Virus record (IMG/VR): IMGVR_UViG_3300026518_000011
Span: 1-64,000 of that record
Length of the DNA: 64,000 nucleotides
Source of the DNA: a virus
Strand: one strand, 5' to 3'
Part shown: positions 7,320 through 17,519 of the stretch, piece by piece
Position numbering within the stretch: the first letter of the stretch is position 1
Layout of the letters: each line of letters begins with the position of its first letter
Position numbers and translations under genes: made by a program
The notes under the pieces: generated by a model
Database searches by the model: none
Seen by the model: only the letters and a program-made list of their open reading frames with translations
Told to the model about the DNA's origin: nothing

Positions 7320-7952
7320 ATGGTTTTAACTGCCCCGAATGCTCATAATTACACCACAACCGCTATCACGGTTCATCAGGATGCCAAACTCCAGCAAGAG
7401 GTTGATCTGACAGAGCGTCGAATCCGTAATACCGCTAATCGTGATTTATACGAAATGGTCTATGACGCCCGAATCGTTGGCAACCCATTGGATGATCCCC
7501 AAACCTCGACCACCCTTACAGCACTACAGATCGCCTACAGAGACGCATTCGTCAACGCAGGCTACTCAGTGACCCGTGACGGCGATTCGGGGCTGTGGAG
7601 GATATCCTGGGCCACTCAGGGGGTTGAAAACCGCGTATCCGTGTATATGATACGAACTACCGTAACCCCAGGGGCAGTTAGTCAACTAACGGTCACCGCG
7701 ATTGACGCATTCTTTACCTCACAGATTCCTACTGTGCGCCCGAATACCACCTTTATCAATCTGGGTAATGGGGGGGACATCCCCGAATCGGATTTCGGCG
7801 GAACCAATAGTGTATTTTATGAATATACTGTGGTTACAGAACAACAGGTAGCTGCTACCGATTTAAGTGCATTGCTCCGAACCCATCTGGTAACATCAGG
7901 ATTGGGTTATGTAGACGCACCCAGTAATGTGATGGTGTATAAATTACTCTAA
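7320..7952 (+). CDS. late-expressed probable virion protein; N-terminal half resembles 59087..59443
   Basis: TAAATA plus AGGAG RBS; F..AGYSVTR....WRISW motif. Confidence 0.7.
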   Translation: MVLTAPNAHNYTTTAITVHQDAKLQQEVDLTERRIRNTANRDLYEMVYDARIVGNPLDDPQTSTTLTALQIAYRDAFVNAGYSVTRDGDSGLWRISWATQGVENRVSVYMIRTTVTPGAVSQLTVTAIDAFFTSQIPTVRPNTTFINLGNGGDIPESDFGGTNSVFYEYTVVTEQQVAATDLSALLRTHLVTSGLGYVDAPSNVMVYKLL

Positions 7953-8255
7953 CGGGTGAGTTATTTTGTAAACCTTAATAGCAACTGATCCCACGAGTGA
8001 GTAGAATACCCCCATCCATAGGATTGGGAACATAATCATGATCCATAGCACTCTATCACTGACCACTTTGGGAGCGGTTACCAAATCACTAATTCCGGCA
8101 TCTGATAGGGTTTGATAATTAGACAAATATATAGACATAATCTCATTATACATGGTGACCCCTGCCAATGCTGCTATTACAAATAAAATCACACACCCGA
8201 TAATCGAGATGATAATGGTACCGGTTACCGGTGATTTATTTGTATAAAGTATCAT
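7944..8255 (-). CDS. two-TM membrane protein in the spanin operon
   Basis: Two hydrophobic helices; ATG at 8255 overlaps the o-spanin TGA (ATGA). Confidence 0.6.
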   Translation of the reverse strand: MILYTNKSPVTGTIIISIIGCVILFVIAALAGVTMYNEIMSIYLSNYQTLSDAGISDLVTAPKVVSDRVLWIMIMFPILWMGVFYSLVGSVAIKVYKITHPLE

Positions 8256-8527
8256 GCTGGAGTTTCCAATCGGAGTTGGGCGTCTATCAATTGCTGATAC
8301 ACCGCTGATAGAGATTGGGCACATATATGATTATAAGAGTCCAATGTGATTAATAGTTCGGCCACCGTAGCATCGGTTAGGGTAGCCACGTCTGGCATTT
8401 GATCAACTGTTGGACAGTTGAATAATTGAGAATCGGGCATAAACACAGTCGGTTTTGTTACAATAAGATTCGGGGAAGCCGTAGTGCAACCGGATATCCA
8501 TAAAAGTGCGAGTATACGTTTCATCAA
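8252..8527 (-). CDS. outer-membrane spanin (Rz1-like lipoprotein)
   Basis: Signal peptide with lipobox ISG-C, Pro-rich segment, additional Cys; overlaps the i-spanin stop. Confidence 0.8.
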   Translation of the reverse strand: MMKRILALLWISGCTTASPNLIVTKPTVFMPDSQLFNCPTVDQMPDVATLTDATVAELLITLDSYNHICAQSLSAVYQQLIDAQLRLETPA

Positions 8528-8940
8528 TGCCCCACCCTCTGATCGGTTAGTAACTGAATGGCCCCCCGAAGGACTTCTGAAGAATCTCCCCCTGTCAGGT
8601 TCGTGCTACGCAATTGGTCAATAAGTGCAATTCGCTGATTCCTAATGTCCGCAATATTCTTGTTCAATTCGGCAATTCTGGCATTCTGGGCCTGCGTGAC
8701 ATCTGCAAGTCTAGCATCGTATGCTGCTTGTAGTTGATGGGTGAGATCGGATTGTTGTTGGTTGTATTCTGCCAACAATTGATCACGAATGGACTGGTCA
8801 TGGTGCGATAACCAATATTGAAATCCCCCATATAAGATCAACACCAAAGTTGCAACCATTACCAATTTGCCCAACGGCCCACGAAGGAAATTTCCGAAGG
8901 GTAGAAATGCTAATAATTTGGCTGAGAAAAACATAAACAA
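8524..8940 (-). CDS. inner-membrane spanin (Rz-like)
   Basis: N-terminal TM helix followed by a coiled coil; directly upstream of the lipoprotein gene; late promoter at 8975. Confidence 0.8.
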   Translation of the reverse strand: MFMFFSAKLLAFLPFGNFLRGPLGKLVMVATLVLILYGGFQYWLSHHDQSIRDQLLAEYNQQQSDLTHQLQAAYDARLADVTQAQNARIAELNKNIADIRNQRIALIDQLRSTNLTGGDSSEVLRGAIQLLTDQRVGH

Positions 8941-9077
8941 TACCTATACACTGGATGTGGTTCCCCACTATGGGTATTTATCAATATCATGAGTATCGGG
9001 GGGATCACCAATGGGCCAGTCCACCAACCCCGCCCGCGTGACCTAAATACTAATGCAAGCTAAAGGGGTATTACATC

Positions 9078-9575
9078 ATGCTTATAGAAAAAGTGGATTA
9101 TGAATTAATGTCCGGTAATAGTGCAGACCCAGGCAACCGACGATACAAATTATTACGAGACTATCCCTTTTGGTATAAAACCCAACGTATTATTATACCT
9201 GAGGGATTTGAATGGGACGGACCCACGGGAGTCCCCTTGGCATTAGGAATGTATGAGATGTGGAAGCAACCTGCCCTCATACATGACTTTATGTATTCTC
9301 GTCACGGGCGTATGCCAAATGGACTAACGCTGACTCAGCAAGAAGCAGATGAGCGTTTTTTCTATCATCTGCGCCTTGGTGGGGTATCTGGGTTTCTAAT
9401 CATCGGAATGCGGCTAGGGTTGAAGAAGCTGTTCACGAGGGCATGGGATGGCACAAACCCCATTTCTAAAACCGCTATGCACAAAACTCTATCACCGTTG
9501 ACCATATCTGGAATAGTGCTGCTCTTAGCTGCCATAGGATATTTCATTCTTCCATTGGTTTTTTTGTTACCCTAA
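9078..9575 (+). CDS. DUF1353-family protein
   Basis: IIIPEGFEWDG...PALIHDFMY...EADERF motifs; C-terminal TM helix. Confidence 0.75.
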   Translation: MLIEKVDYELMSGNSADPGNRRYKLLRDYPFWYKTQRIIIPEGFEWDGPTGVPLALGMYEMWKQPALIHDFMYSRHGRMPNGLTLTQQEADERFFYHLRLGGVSGFLIIGMRLGLKKLFTRAWDGTNPISKTAMHKTLSPLTISGIVLLLAAIGYFILPLVFLLP

Positions 9576-10250
9576 TCATTGGGTGGTAATCAATACGCCC
9601 ATAACACTGGCCAGATTGGTTAATTGTGGCTCTAGTCCATCCGCAGCAGCAGGGGTAATTTGATTAACAACCCCCTCTGCTCCAATGATACCCACTAACT
9701 GATGGGTAGGGGTATAAATCGGACAAATCATCATAGACCCCACGCCCATAGTGGATAGATACTGCGAGTTTTCAATCGAATCATTTACATCATTTACATA
9801 GTAGCAATGATCCATTGACAGTGCAGCCACCATCTTGGGGAATATACTCAATGGGATGCTTTGGGTATTAACCAGTTCCCCGCTAATGCCTGCAGTCACA
9901 CTTTCAGCTATTCGTGAAAAATAAATGAAGTGCACCCCATTGATATCCACTTTCCCATTATGAAATTTACTCACATACAGTCGATCCACCCCAAACGAAA
10001 TGCGGCGCTCCTCTAGTATCTTGTTGGTCTGCACAGAACGGGTTAGTGATGCCTCTACCTGTATGTCAGTAGTAGCCACACTTCGTTGATAGATATCCGA
10101 TAGGGTGCTGAAGTTGGTTACTAGGACCGCTAATATTCCGGCCCATGTAATAACGAAGGTGAACACAAACGCCTGCATCACCATTCGATGAAGAGGGGTA
10201 CTTTTGGCGTAGTCCACAAACAGGGTGAGCAATTTTATGAACATCAGCAC
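9576..10250 (-). CDS. T4 gpT-like holin (single TM + periplasmic GAF-like domain)
   Basis: One TM helix then FHNG...ESV...MMICPIY...LVGIIG pattern; next to spanins; late promoter. Confidence 0.65.
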   Translation of the reverse strand: MLMFIKLLTLFVDYAKSTPLHRMVMQAFVFTFVITWAGILAVLVTNFSTLSDIYQRSVATTDIQVEASLTRSVQTNKILEERRISFGVDRLYVSKFHNGKVDINGVHFIYFSRIAESVTAGISGELVNTQSIPLSIFPKMVAALSMDHCYYVNDVNDSIENSQYLSTMGVGSMMICPIYTPTHQLVGIIGAEGVVNQITPAAADGLEPQLTNLASVMGVLITTQ

Positions 10251-10312
10251 AATACCTTACAATAATTCTATAATAGTATTTATGCCAATTTACACAACAT
10301 CAGGTATATCAC

Positions 10313-10334
10313 CCCACCGCATAACTGCGGTGGG
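10313..10334 (-). terminator. intrinsic terminator-like hairpin
   Basis: CCCACCGCA-TAAC-TGCGGTGGG downstream of 10347..10964. Confidence 0.6.
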
Positions 10335-10346
10335 TATATTAATATT

Positions 10347-10964
10347 TTAAGTTGGCCACCCGAGGGTGTGATCGTATGTAATAATCAGATTTTGATCGGT
10401 CAGTGATGATATTTGACCAATGTGATATAATTTTGTCTGAAAACACGTGTTAACCCACGTAAGCATCGTGCCACCTAATGCAACCAGGTCAGCGGGTGTC
10501 ATAACCACTGGGGTGTTGGCTGCATCATTCCATGTAAACCCCGTAGGTATTGGTAGCCCGTTGACAATAGCACTTGTCACGCCTGTGATGTTTTGTCTCG
10601 CCCCGTCATCACCATACCATTGATGATTATTCCATGCAAAGGTCCCAAGTAGGTAAGTATCGTGGAATTCTTTAATAATCATGACCTTATGAGCAATAAC
10701 ATCTGAAAGTATCAATGGATGTAATATGATAGTCTCATCTACCACGGTCCCATTGATCGTATATGTCTGACTGTCAATAGTATCATATCCTGCACGAATG
10801 ACTGTAGTATCTGGAACCATCTGATACCAGCCCAGATCAATGAGTTCAGTCGGGGTTAATGTGGTCATATCATACAGCATCCCATTCAGGGGATTTGTCC
10901 ACGTAGTCGGTAGATCAACGGGACCCGATATGATTTTGTTATCCGCTACACGAAAATATTGCAT
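10347..10964 (-). CDS. tail fibre assembly-associated protein (DUF4376-like C-terminus)
   Basis: ARQNITG...FTWNDAANTPVVMT..DLVAL...GWP pattern; last gene of the fibre cluster. Confidence 0.7.
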   Translation of the reverse strand: MQYFRVADNKIISGPVDLPTTWTNPLNGMLYDMTTLTPTELIDLGWYQMVPDTTVIRAGYDTIDSQTYTINGTVVDETIILHPLILSDVIAHKVMIIKEFHDTYLLGTFAWNNHQWYGDDGARQNITGVTSAIVNGLPIPTGFTWNDAANTPVVMTPADLVALGGTMLTWVNTCFQTKLYHIGQISSLTDQNLIITYDHTLGWPT

Positions 10965-10966
10965 TA

Positions 10967-11551
10967 CTATGCCCTCTCTATCATCACATTACATGATCCA
11001 GCAATTGTTTTTTGGTCACGACGGGTCAACTCTTTGGCCCGAATATCAACCGTGTCCCCCTTAGACACCTCTAACAGGTATTGGAGCGGCGTGGTGGTAT
11101 TACCCGCTGAACGAAGTCTGTGATAACCAAACGCGCATGACCCCGCCAATTCCTTTCCATTTAGAAAGATTGCGTATTCTGAAATTTGTCGAGCATTGGA
11201 TGTAATTCCCACAGAAATATTTGCCCGTATGGAATACCACCCATCCCTATCAATCGTGATGCCACGAGTTTTGCTATCATATGAATATTCCAAATCCTCC
11301 CGAACAATGGTTGGGAATGGGATAGGCTCGTAAGTAGATGTGAGATACTGCACAGTGTTTCCGTTATGTCGGAATAGCTTTCCTGGGTATCCGCCCACAA
11401 TTGCATATCGCTGCAACTCTGCCAATTGAATGGGGGATATAGTCATACCGTTGTCAACAATAAATTGTGTCAACTCACTGATACCTAATCGGGCCACCCC
11501 ATCCAGTTTTTTGCGATCATGGTAATCTAGTTCTTCTTCTTTATCACTCAT
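10967..11551 (-). CDS. fibre-associated protein with a C1q/BclA-like C-terminal domain
   Basis: ITIDRDGWYSI...IFLNG...YHR...GDTVDIR, homologous to the C-terminus of 13007..13858. Confidence 0.6.
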   Translation of the reverse strand: MSDKEEELDYHDRKKLDGVARLGISELTQFIVDNGMTISPIQLAELQRYAIVGGYPGKLFRHNGNTVQYLTSTYEPIPFPTIVREDLEYSYDSKTRGITIDRDGWYSIRANISVGITSNARQISEYAIFLNGKELAGSCAFGYHRLRSAGNTTTPLQYLLEVSKGDTVDIRAKELTRRDQKTIAGSCNVMIERA

Positions 11552-12496
11552 TTAGTTCACATACACCGCTATAAATCTTTGGGTGCCTCCATTTTGTGGA
11601 ATAATACCAGGCATAATATTTGGTTGTGCAGGATTCAGCGATCCAGCAACAGGAATGGTGGAGATGGGATTAGAAATGTTATCCCAATCTGCAGGTAATG
11701 CAGATGGAAGCAGATACGTGGTTACGGTCCCGCCTGCCCCACCATCACTGGTGTATATACTTTTGTAGGTACCTGCTCCAATGGTAACAGTCTGTGCATT
11801 ATTGCCTGCGGTCCCCACGGTCCCGTTATTCCCATATAGCCCCCACAGGGAAGTTGTTGATGCATAATACACCGATAGTTCAAATTGTGCATATTGTGCA
11901 GCAGACGCTTCATTCGTAGCAGTGGATGCTATACCAATCATCATATTAGCCGTAGGTCGGGAATAGACCCACTGAAGCGTTCTATTGGTGCCACGGACCC
12001 ACTGCATTGATTCAAATTTTACCCATGAGGACCATGGTGCTAGTCCGGTGAAAAATAATCCGGCGGCATCACGGGTAGCAGTCATAGAAGCATGATGACG
12101 GATATTGCTACCAGCCGCATTACCAATAGTCAATACCGCACCACCCAGTCGTAGGTCCACCCAAGGAGTGGCGAAAATCTGTAATGCCCCAGTGGAAACC
12201 ACAGTGCCACCCGCATTGGTAACTGTAATGTCAAAAAATGCCTGAACCGCTCCTGACGTTATGTTTACAATCACCTGATTGACATTGACCACTGTCATAG
12301 AGTTCACAGTTGACCCCCCCACAATCACTGTCATAGATGGAGTAAACAGACCGCCATTGATTGTAATATCAACAGTCGAATTCGGAGGAACTACCGTTGG
12401 GGATGAGGACGTGATATATGGTGGGGGAAACGACGACGGAATTTGTGGGAATTGGGCAGTCGTTGGGGTCAATTGGGAATATCCAGAAAATGCCAT
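11552..12496 (-). CDS. virion surface protein with an Ig-like (IPT/TIG) domain and a beta-sandwich C-terminus
   Basis: PYITSSSP...ITINGGLF...VIVGG...DITVTNAGG pattern; ATG at 12496 follows the upstream stop. Confidence 0.6.
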   Translation of the reverse strand: MAFSGYSQLTPTTAQFPQIPSSFPPPYITSSSPTVVPPNSTVDITINGGLFTPSMTVIVGGSTVNSMTVVNVNQVIVNITSGAVQAFFDITVTNAGGTVVSTGALQIFATPWVDLRLGGAVLTIGNAAGSNIRHHASMTATRDAAGLFFTGLAPWSSWVKFESMQWVRGTNRTLQWVYSRPTANMMIGIASTATNEASAAQYAQFELSVYYASTTSLWGLYGNNGTVGTAGNNAQTVTIGAGTYKSIYTSDGGAGGTVTTYLLPSALPADWDNISNPISTIPVAGSLNPAQPNIMPGIIPQNGGTQRFIAVYVN

Positions 12497-12497
12497 G

Positions 12498-13007
12498 TTA
12501 TATAGCCCTCCAATCGGTACCATCTGACATTACCGATAGTGTTGTTAAGGTATTACCTATGAGATTAACACTGGTATACCCATCAATAGTGCCCGTTGCA
12601 GTAGTTAAGAGCACATCATTAGCCGATGCTTGCTTAATCTTGATAATTTTACCGTCATGTCCTGCGGGCGTAGGAAGGGTTAGAGTCTGTGCAGCAATCC
12701 CTGTGAATACAACAACATCTGTCGTTGGTAAAATGGTTGCGGTGGTCGCAAGGGTCTCAATCATCGGAGAAGGGGTTTCTGGAATTTGGCCCAATGATTT
12801 AATGATCACCCCATCACGCTTGACCACCACGTTACCTGCGGTCATTGCGGCCTGCAATGATGCAGCCGTCTGTAAATCTTCGATAGTCCAGAAATCGGAC
12901 AATATATACCCGACTACTGGATGGGTAAACACAACCGCGCTATTGGTGGTATCGATCAGTTCAGTAATGGTTGTGGTAACCACTGTATCTAACGTTATAG
13001 TAGCCAT
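12498..13007 (-). CDS. tail/fibre-associated structural protein
   Basis: TLTLPTPAG..GKII.IK...TIDG...SDGTDW module common in phage fibres. Confidence 0.65.
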   Translation of the reverse strand: MATITLDTVVTTTITELIDTTNSAVVFTHPVVGYILSDFWTIEDLQTAASLQAAMTAGNVVVKRDGVIIKSLGQIPETPSPMIETLATTATILPTTDVVVFTGIAAQTLTLPTPAGHDGKIIKIKQASANDVLLTTATGTIDGYTSVNLIGNTLTTLSVMSDGTDWRAI

Positions 13008-13858
13008 TATGGACCCTTCCGCTCAAATAATATACTTGATTCATTTGCAATCGTAGTCAAGCCAGTGCCTGCTATCCTCGTCGATCTAATCTCAACAGTA
13101 TCGCCTACAGCCAGTTGTGCCAAGACGGTGCGCCCAGCAGTGTTTTCACCAACCGCAACTGTTCGATGGTATGAATAAGCTGCAGATGATGCATATGCAC
13201 CACCATTGACAAACAACTGATGAAATCCACCAGTCCGGCTATTATTACTACTATCAGCAGATACCGTATAGGTAATCGCGTATAACCCTGCTCGATTAAC
13301 CGTGACCACTCCGGTGCCCCCAATGGTGAAATCAGCATTGACAAAACGGGCAGTGGATATGTTAATCACTTTAGCAGTAGCATTGAGAATCTGTGCCACC
13401 CCAGAATATGCCTCAAACACTGATGGGCTGGACCAAGAGGTGACTCCAACTCCATTAGTGGTAAGAACATCTCCATCCCCACCATCGGCCACAGGTAGTG
13501 TCCATATCTGATTGGCCGCTACCGCATCCGGTGCTTTAAGACCTACATAATTGGTCCCATTAGCGGCCAACTCAGTAAATCGGAGGTCTGTGGTCTCCCC
13601 CACACCGGTGCCAGATGGAAGAATTGCAATCCCCCCAATCGCTCCAGCGCCCGTATGGGTTCCGGCGGTTAGATTAATACTTCCGCCTGTAGTGGCACCA
13701 CTAGCAGCAATCAGATTGACGCTACCACCACCTAACGTGGTTGATGATACTGCCCTAATAGATATATCCCGAACATTGGTTTTAGATATAGTGGGGCCTT
13801 TTTTGCCCACGAAGAACGAATTAAAACTGGTCCCTCGCAATTCATATACTGATGCCAT
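13007..13858 (-). CDS. short fibre protein with a C1q/BclA-like tip
   Basis: Gly-rich repeats, YVGLKAP...TLP.ADG..G.VLTT.G.G..SW fibre motif; late promoter at 13891. Confidence 0.7.
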   Translation of the reverse strand: MASVYELRGTSFNSFFVGKKGPTISKTNVRDISIRAVSSTTLGGGSVNLIAASGATTGGSINLTAGTHTGAGAIGGIAILPSGTGVGETTDLRFTELAANGTNYVGLKAPDAVAANQIWTLPVADGGDGDVLTTNGVGVTSWSSPSVFEAYSGVAQILNATAKVINISTARFVNADFTIGGTGVVTVNRAGLYAITYTVSADSSNNSRTGGFHQLFVNGGAYASSAAYSYHRTVAVGENTAGRTVLAQLAVGDTVEIRSTRIAGTGLTTIANESSILFERKGP

Positions 13859-13918
13859 GCGCTAATCCTGTCATTGGGTTTGTATGTCGATATTTAATAT
13901 CGTCAGGAATGCAATAGT

Positions 13919-13936
13919 GAGGGGCCACAGCCCCTC
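13919..13936 (-). terminator. terminator-like hairpin
   Basis: GAGGGGC-CACA-GCCCCTC after 13951..15399. Confidence 0.55.
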
Positions 13937-13950
13937 GCCGATATTTAGAT

Positions 13951-15399
13951 TTATGGCTGGATATACTGGACAATTACCGTTGCCGCGCCTGATGCTGGAG
14001 CATTCGCCGATGATACGGTAGCAATCACCGGAGTAGCGGCGGCATATGTATGATGGACATCAGTGCTATATATAAAGGCCAATTCAGGGTCATTAGCCGT
14101 ATCTACCATCAATTGAGACGATAGACCAGCATCACCAATGGCAATGGTTTCTGGCGAACTCCAAATCGTGGTAACATCGATTGATACTTTAATTACAATC
14201 CCACCAGCCGGAACAGACCCAATAGTCTGGACTGCACCACCGTTAAAGGTAACAGGACCAGAGACAGTAACCACTGACCCACTCGGGGGTAATGGTGCGC
14301 CCCAAATAGCATCGGTGCCATCTGACTGTAACACCTGACCAGCAGTACCTAATGGCAATGCGGCTAATGAGTTGGCCAGATTGGATACAAGGATATCACC
14401 GCGTGTGTATACCCCCAGTCCGGTGCCGCCATTCACTTCATTTAGGATGCCGGTGACCGAGTTAGTGCCATCAGCGAGATTGATCTGACCCCATACGGGC
14501 AGCCCAGCCGTAACCACCATGGCATTACCGTTTGTCCCAATAGCCAACTCATTGACCTTATTATTGGTGTTATCAGCAACGATCATGGAACCATTGGCGA
14601 ATGCAGTGATATTAGTATTCAGACCACCATTTAGCTTTGGTAGCAGACCAGTAATGGAATTGACATTAGCAAGGTCTAATGCCCCCCACGTAGCCTCTGT
14701 TCCTACGACACCAGCAGAAATAAGCGTTTGCCCACCCGTTGCTGAGCTATTGACTATCAGGTTGTTAGTCCCGTTAACCGAAATTGTTGAGGCACCAACA
14801 TTGCTATTCATAACAGTGCCAACCATGGACAACCCAACACCTGCTGAAATCACACCAGCAGCAGAGAATTGAACCCAATTAATAGGACTGGTGCCAATCG
14901 TAATGACACCATCCGAGGTCACTACCCATCCGGTATCAGCAAGGGATGTTCCCTCTTCTATGAATACGAATGACCCACCATTGAGTTCAGCACCAGTATC
15001 CGCATCTAGTGATCTGGTGGGTGTGCCAGCAGTAACATCATAGATACCGTTCTCACTTGCAGTAGCTTGGTTTTTGATCAGAATGCGATCACCAACGGCC
15101 AATACGATGCCATCGATTGTGGAACCAGCAGCAAATGAGGTGGCTAATGTCCCAGCAACCGTGGTTCCTACCCGAACTGAGTTTTTAGCATCCACACCGG
15201 ATGCAAGGCTATCCACATAGATTTTGGAAGCCGCATCATTATTGTTGACCGGAGTCGTGGGGACCCGCATCTGGGCAAGGATTACCCCATCAGATGTTGA
15301 TTCAAAATGATCCACATTCCATACGACCGACCCACCGACTTTTCCGTATTGTAACGAACTCCCCACACCGACGAGAGTATAATCTTTCCTATTTGCCAT
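13951..15399 (-). CDS. tail fibre protein
   Basis: DAASKIYVD, IDG..L.VGDRILIKNQ..ASENGIY fibre motifs, GGTG repeats. Confidence 0.8.
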   Translation of the reverse strand: MANRKDYTLVGVGSSLQYGKVGGSVVWNVDHFESTSDGVILAQMRVPTTPVNNNDAASKIYVDSLASGVDAKNSVRVGTTVAGTLATSFAAGSTIDGIVLAVGDRILIKNQATASENGIYDVTAGTPTRSLDADTGAELNGGSFVFIEEGTSLADTGWVVTSDGVITIGTSPINWVQFSAAGVISAGVGLSMVGTVMNSNVGASTISVNGTNNLIVNSSATGGQTLISAGVVGTEATWGALDLANVNSITGLLPKLNGGLNTNITAFANGSMIVADNTNNKVNELAIGTNGNAMVVTAGLPVWGQINLADGTNSVTGILNEVNGGTGLGVYTRGDILVSNLANSLAALPLGTAGQVLQSDGTDAIWGAPLPPSGSVVTVSGPVTFNGGAVQTIGSVPAGGIVIKVSIDVTTIWSSPETIAIGDAGLSSQLMVDTANDPELAFIYSTDVHHTYAAATPVIATVSSANAPASGAATVIVQYIQP

Positions 15400-15414
15400 T
15401 GTTGCTCATCTCCA

Positions 15415-16608
15415 TTAAGGTATAATATAATCCACGATCACTCGTGCAGCGCCCGCTGTAGGAGCGCCCGTAATTGTTGCAATAATTTGTGTTGCGGCAA
15501 TATATGAAACATTGGCAACTGTCGTATAAGTATTTATCGCCAGTGGATCATTGGCTACATTAGTCATCAATCGATCAACCAATCCCGCATCGCCAATATC
15601 AATCAGGGTCCCTACGGAATAGGCGGATGTGATCTCCAACGATATAGCTCTGACAAATGCACCCGCTGGGAGTATTGCACCGATGTTGTATGACCCAGCA
15701 GTCCCCAATAGGACATTTCGTTGTTGATTCGCCACAGTAGCGGCCACTCCGCCCGCTGCCGCTACTACGTCAGATACTGTGGCTCGTTCAATCGATGTAG
15801 AACTTTGATTATACACCAATAGGCTATCAGTGCCAACCAATGGATCAGATAACCCACCCACCCCGATGATATCATGATCAACAGTAAGGGTATTACCACC
15901 ATCGGTGATTGTTACGGCAGTGCCAGCAGTGAATACTCGGGCATTTGGGAGTCCTGCATCAGCAATGAGAGTTAGATATTGAGCAGCAGCAGGACTTGAT
16001 GTGGTGCCTGACCCTGCCACATACCCAACGGGCATCCATACCCCATTAGCTGGGGTTCCCAAATAGGCCAGTTGGGATAATGATTCCTGTGAATATATAC
16101 CAAGGGTAACTGTTGCGGTGCCAACACTATCAGTGACCGTGATGGCCCCACCAGTGGCATGAGAGATCACCAGAACGTCTGCCACGGCCTGTGCTACGAT
16201 ATTGGGGATACCTACCGCATTAATGTCAGTAGCGACCTGTGCTGGCGTATATGGGGCACTCAGGGTCACTGACTGGCCGTTGATCAGTAATACGTCCCCC
16301 GCTGTTGCCGTTCCATAGGGGTATCCAGCAATGGTATTACCTGCTGGTGCCACTGGGGCACTCAGTGGGAGTTTCATCCATAACCCTACAGAAACAGGCA
16401 ATTGTCTATTCTGTAGGATGGTGCTAGGGACGTCAGTATTATCGATCAGTATTAGATCACCAGGTCTGCCATAATCCATCGGGGGCACTGTATTACCCCG
16501 CCCCACAGTTAAAGGGCCGAATTTTAATGCGGACTTGGTAACTTTTAGGTTATCTGGTCTATGAATCTGTCCGTCATAACCATGACTCGTAAAAAATGGA
16601 TTTGGCAT
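15415..16608 (-). CDS. tail/fibre structural protein sharing its C-terminal domain with 13951..15399
   Basis: IG..PAG..V.....IGDAGL...LM...ANDP...Y...Y.AAT..IAT....G.A.VIV.YI shared tail. Confidence 0.75.
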   Translation of the reverse strand: MPNPFFTSHGYDGQIHRPDNLKVTKSALKFGPLTVGRGNTVPPMDYGRPGDLILIDNTDVPSTILQNRQLPVSVGLWMKLPLSAPVAPAGNTIAGYPYGTATAGDVLLINGQSVTLSAPYTPAQVATDINAVGIPNIVAQAVADVLVISHATGGAITVTDSVGTATVTLGIYSQESLSQLAYLGTPANGVWMPVGYVAGSGTTSSPAAAQYLTLIADAGLPNARVFTAGTAVTITDGGNTLTVDHDIIGVGGLSDPLVGTDSLLVYNQSSTSIERATVSDVVAAAGGVAATVANQQRNVLLGTAGSYNIGAILPAGAFVRAISLEITSAYSVGTLIDIGDAGLVDRLMTNVANDPLAINTYTTVANVSYIAATQIIATITGAPTAGAARVIVDYIIP

Positions 16609-16619
16609 ACCGTTGATAT

Positions 16620-16657
16620 TCTCCTACCAGTATTTAGATAGTTTCACTAGTAGGAGA
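16620..16657 (-). promoter_or_regulatory. late promoter inside an RBS-sequestering hairpin
   Basis: Minus strand TCTCCTACTAG...TAAATA-CTGGTAGGAGA. Confidence 0.65.
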
Positions 16658-16663
16658 GATTGA

Positions 16664-17464
16664 TCATTTGGTGGGTGGGGTATTAGTTAGTTTAGTCCAT
16701 GTCATAGCCCCTACCACACCATCTGGGGTTAATCCCCGTTTGGTTTGGAATCTACGAACTGCATTAAATGTGCCATTACCGAAATCTCCATCAACGGTGA
16801 TACGGGACCCCTGCTTCACCAATAAGTCCTGCAATTGCCTAACCGCAGCGCCACGATTACCTTTACGCAATACGATGGGGGTTCGTCGTCCCGTTGACCT
16901 ACGATGGGTTTGTTCGGCAATATGTGCTTTAGCCCCATAATTTCCACGGATGATACGTGCGTATGCAGGTGCCTGACCGGTACCATTATACCGTTCGGCA
17001 AATGTTAACCAATCCTTAGCCCGCAGATAGGTGTCCAGTTTCCATGTCTTCAACAGAGTCACAAACGCATCTAGGTGAGCATCACCAGTGTTGGCCATGG
17101 CAACGACCATTGATCTGGCCGAGTCATATCCGGCATCTTTAGCATTGAACCCCATAATCTGCGGGCCACCAAACGATGTTGCTCGTAGTGCAGCATCAGG
17201 AGACTTTGCGAATGCTGCACGGAACATCGCCTCTCTACGACCAGATGCAATCTTTAGGCTATCCCGCCAGTTAGTTTTCGCGTTGGGCATTTTGTGTGGT
17301 TCAAACCGACGAATCACTGACCCATCACGTAAGAAGAATCTGCCAGAAGATTCGGCCATAAACACCGCTTCTACTGCTGCTGCTTCACAATTCAAATATT
17401 TTGCTGCACGGTCATATGCGCCTGCACTCATTGGGGTGTGTTTCCCCAGCCATGGTAATGTCAT
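16664..17464 (-). CDS. endolysin: N-acetylmuramidase (DUF3380) + C-terminal peptidoglycan-binding domain
   Basis: AV..AESSG, FEPH, TSFGGPQIMGFN, FAERYNG; C-terminal LRKG.RG..V..LQ..L...VDGDFG..T..AV..FQ...GL..DGVVG..TW. Confidence 0.92.
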   Translation of the reverse strand: MTLPWLGKHTPMSAGAYDRAAKYLNCEAAAVEAVFMAESSGRFFLRDGSVIRRFEPHKMPNAKTNWRDSLKIASGRREAMFRAAFAKSPDAALRATSFGGPQIMGFNAKDAGYDSARSMVVAMANTGDAHLDAFVTLLKTWKLDTYLRAKDWLTFAERYNGTGQAPAYARIIRGNYGAKAHIAEQTHRRSTGRRTPIVLRKGNRGAAVRQLQDLLVKQGSRITVDGDFGNGTFNAVRRFQTKRGLTPDGVVGAMTWTKLTNTPPTK

Positions 17465-17490
17465 GAATTTTATCCCCTATATACGAACAA

Positions 17491-17519
17491 ATAGAGGCCC
17501 AACCAAATTGGGCCTCTAT
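17491..17519 (-). terminator. 12-bp hairpin between the late promoter (17523) and the endolysin RBS
   Basis: ATAGAGGCCCAA/TTGGGCCTCTAT followed by TTGTT on the minus strand. Confidence 0.55.
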
